16,035 nt of DNA, taken from positions 1-16,035 of the forward strand of contig JBNJDT010000038.1 in NCBI GenBank assembly GCA_051745145.1, given 5' to 3'. The stretch's first letter is position 1. Each line of letters starts with the position of its first letter. Under the pieces are notes generated by a model that was not told where the DNA came from, searched no databases, and saw nothing but the letters and a program-made list of their open reading frames with translations. Source of the stretch: Elusimicrobiota bacterium. Lineage in GTDB: Bacteria > CG03 > SLGR01 > JAGXOG01. The translations under genes and the position numbers were made by a program. Positions 15,274-16,035 of this stretch are shown here, in pieces.

Positions 15274-16035
15274 TTACTCTGACAGCTTCTCTTTTTCTTC
15301 TGCCGTTCTTTCTCTCATTTCCAACGCTCCGGAAAAACATTTCTGTACACAGATCGAACATCCTATGCACTTTGAAGCGTCGGTTTCCGGATAGTTATCT
15401 TCGTTCATAGATATAGCCAGGTACGGACATCTGGTGCAGTTACCGCACTGCATGCAAAGATCCTCATCAATCAGTGAAGAAATTTTCTTCTCATCGGAAA
15501 GATCCATGAAATCAGTTATGGCATCCGGCTGGGCTATACCTATCAGCTCATCCATACTTTCGATACCCCGCTCTTTCATCAGATAACTCACTCCGTTTCT
15601 AAGATCGTCAATTATACCGTAACCTTCTTTCATAACTATTGTACAATACTGTACGGTTTTTGCGCCCAGGGCCAGAAAATTAGCTGTCTGGCGGTAATCC
15701 ATGGGACCGCCGTTTCCCGAGATAGTTACTCCCACGGGAACCGCCCGGGCCAGAGTGTGGTAACTTATGGGAGCTACGCCTTCGCCGCTCATTCCCAGGA
15801 CCACGCCGTTTTCCCATTCTTTTTTATCTCTGTCCTGAAACCCAAGCACGGGAAATGTATTGGCCAGGGTAACACCCGCTTTTTTATCCGGATACTTATC
15901 CAGGACCTCTTTTACTGCATTCATTATAGTCTCTATGGAGGTTACTGCCGCGCTGAGCTTAAAAAGTTTGGGTACATCGGGGTCGCTTACCTGCATTACC
16001 CAGTCTATGACTTTAGCCGTAAGTTCGGCGCTTTG
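15274..16035 (-). CDS. C-terminal part of a dihydropyrimidine dehydrogenase PreA / dihydroorotate dehydrogenase-like flavoprotein with 2x[4Fe-4S] domain (5' end beyond window)
   Basis: The frame is open to the window edge (QSAELTAKVIDWVMQ...). FMN barrel motifs FKLS, GVTLANT, GMSG, ISGNGG and FLALGA.TVQ; C-terminal CMQCGNCTRCP and CIGCSICVQKC. Confidence 0.8.
   Translation of the reverse strand, partial: QSAELTAKVIDWVMQVSDPDVPKLFKLSAAVTSIETIMNAVKEVLDKYPDKKAGVTLANTFPVLGFQDRDKKEWENGVVLGMSGEGVAPISYHTLARAVPVGVTISGNGGPMDYRQTANFLALGAKTVQYCTIVMKEGYGIIDDLRNGVSYLMKERGIESMDELIGIAQPDAITDFMDLSDEKKISSLIDEDLCMQCGNCTRCPYLAISMNEDNYPETDASKCIGCSICVQKCFSGALEMRERTAEEKEKLSE

Noticed and set aside
1..16035. CRISPR array, tRNA/rRNA, IS element or integrase
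   Set aside because: No regularly spaced repeats, cloverleaf, terminal inverted repeats or transposase/recombinase motifs were seen; the window is almost fully coding.

Overview
Low-GC bacterial DNA, probably from an anaerobe (Shine-Dalgarno sites, sigma70-type promoters), with almost all genes on the minus strand. The left half (8131 to <1) is one apparent operon of at least 15 genes, headed by a Fur-family regulator whose promoter carries a perfect 10-1-10 Fur box. Gene order: fur, DUF5320 low-complexity protein, NifB/NifX-family protein with a Gly-rich tail, DUF89/ARMT1-like phosphatase, MBL-fold hydrolase, two more NifB/NifX proteins, SAM methyltransferase, Mrp/NBP35 Fe-S carrier ATPase, short ferritin-like protein, a pair of small permeases, DUF2099 ('methanogenesis marker 8'), a small J-domain protein, and a small Cys-rich protein cut by the window edge. 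No nitrogenase gene lies in the window, so this looks like an uncharacterised metal-regulated Fe-S/metal-cluster handling system (inference). The right half holds an anion-transport block (SLC13/TrkA-C permease, ModE-like wHTH, patatin, SulP-STAS), a divergent M48/STE24 peptidase, a lipoprotein, and the 3' end of a PreA/DHOD-like Fe-S flavoprotein. The palindrome CCGG is strongly over-represented (about 13 per kb by hand count in the first 2 kb). I saw no RNA genes, CRISPR arrays or mobile elements. Family calls come from motif recognition, not from database searches.
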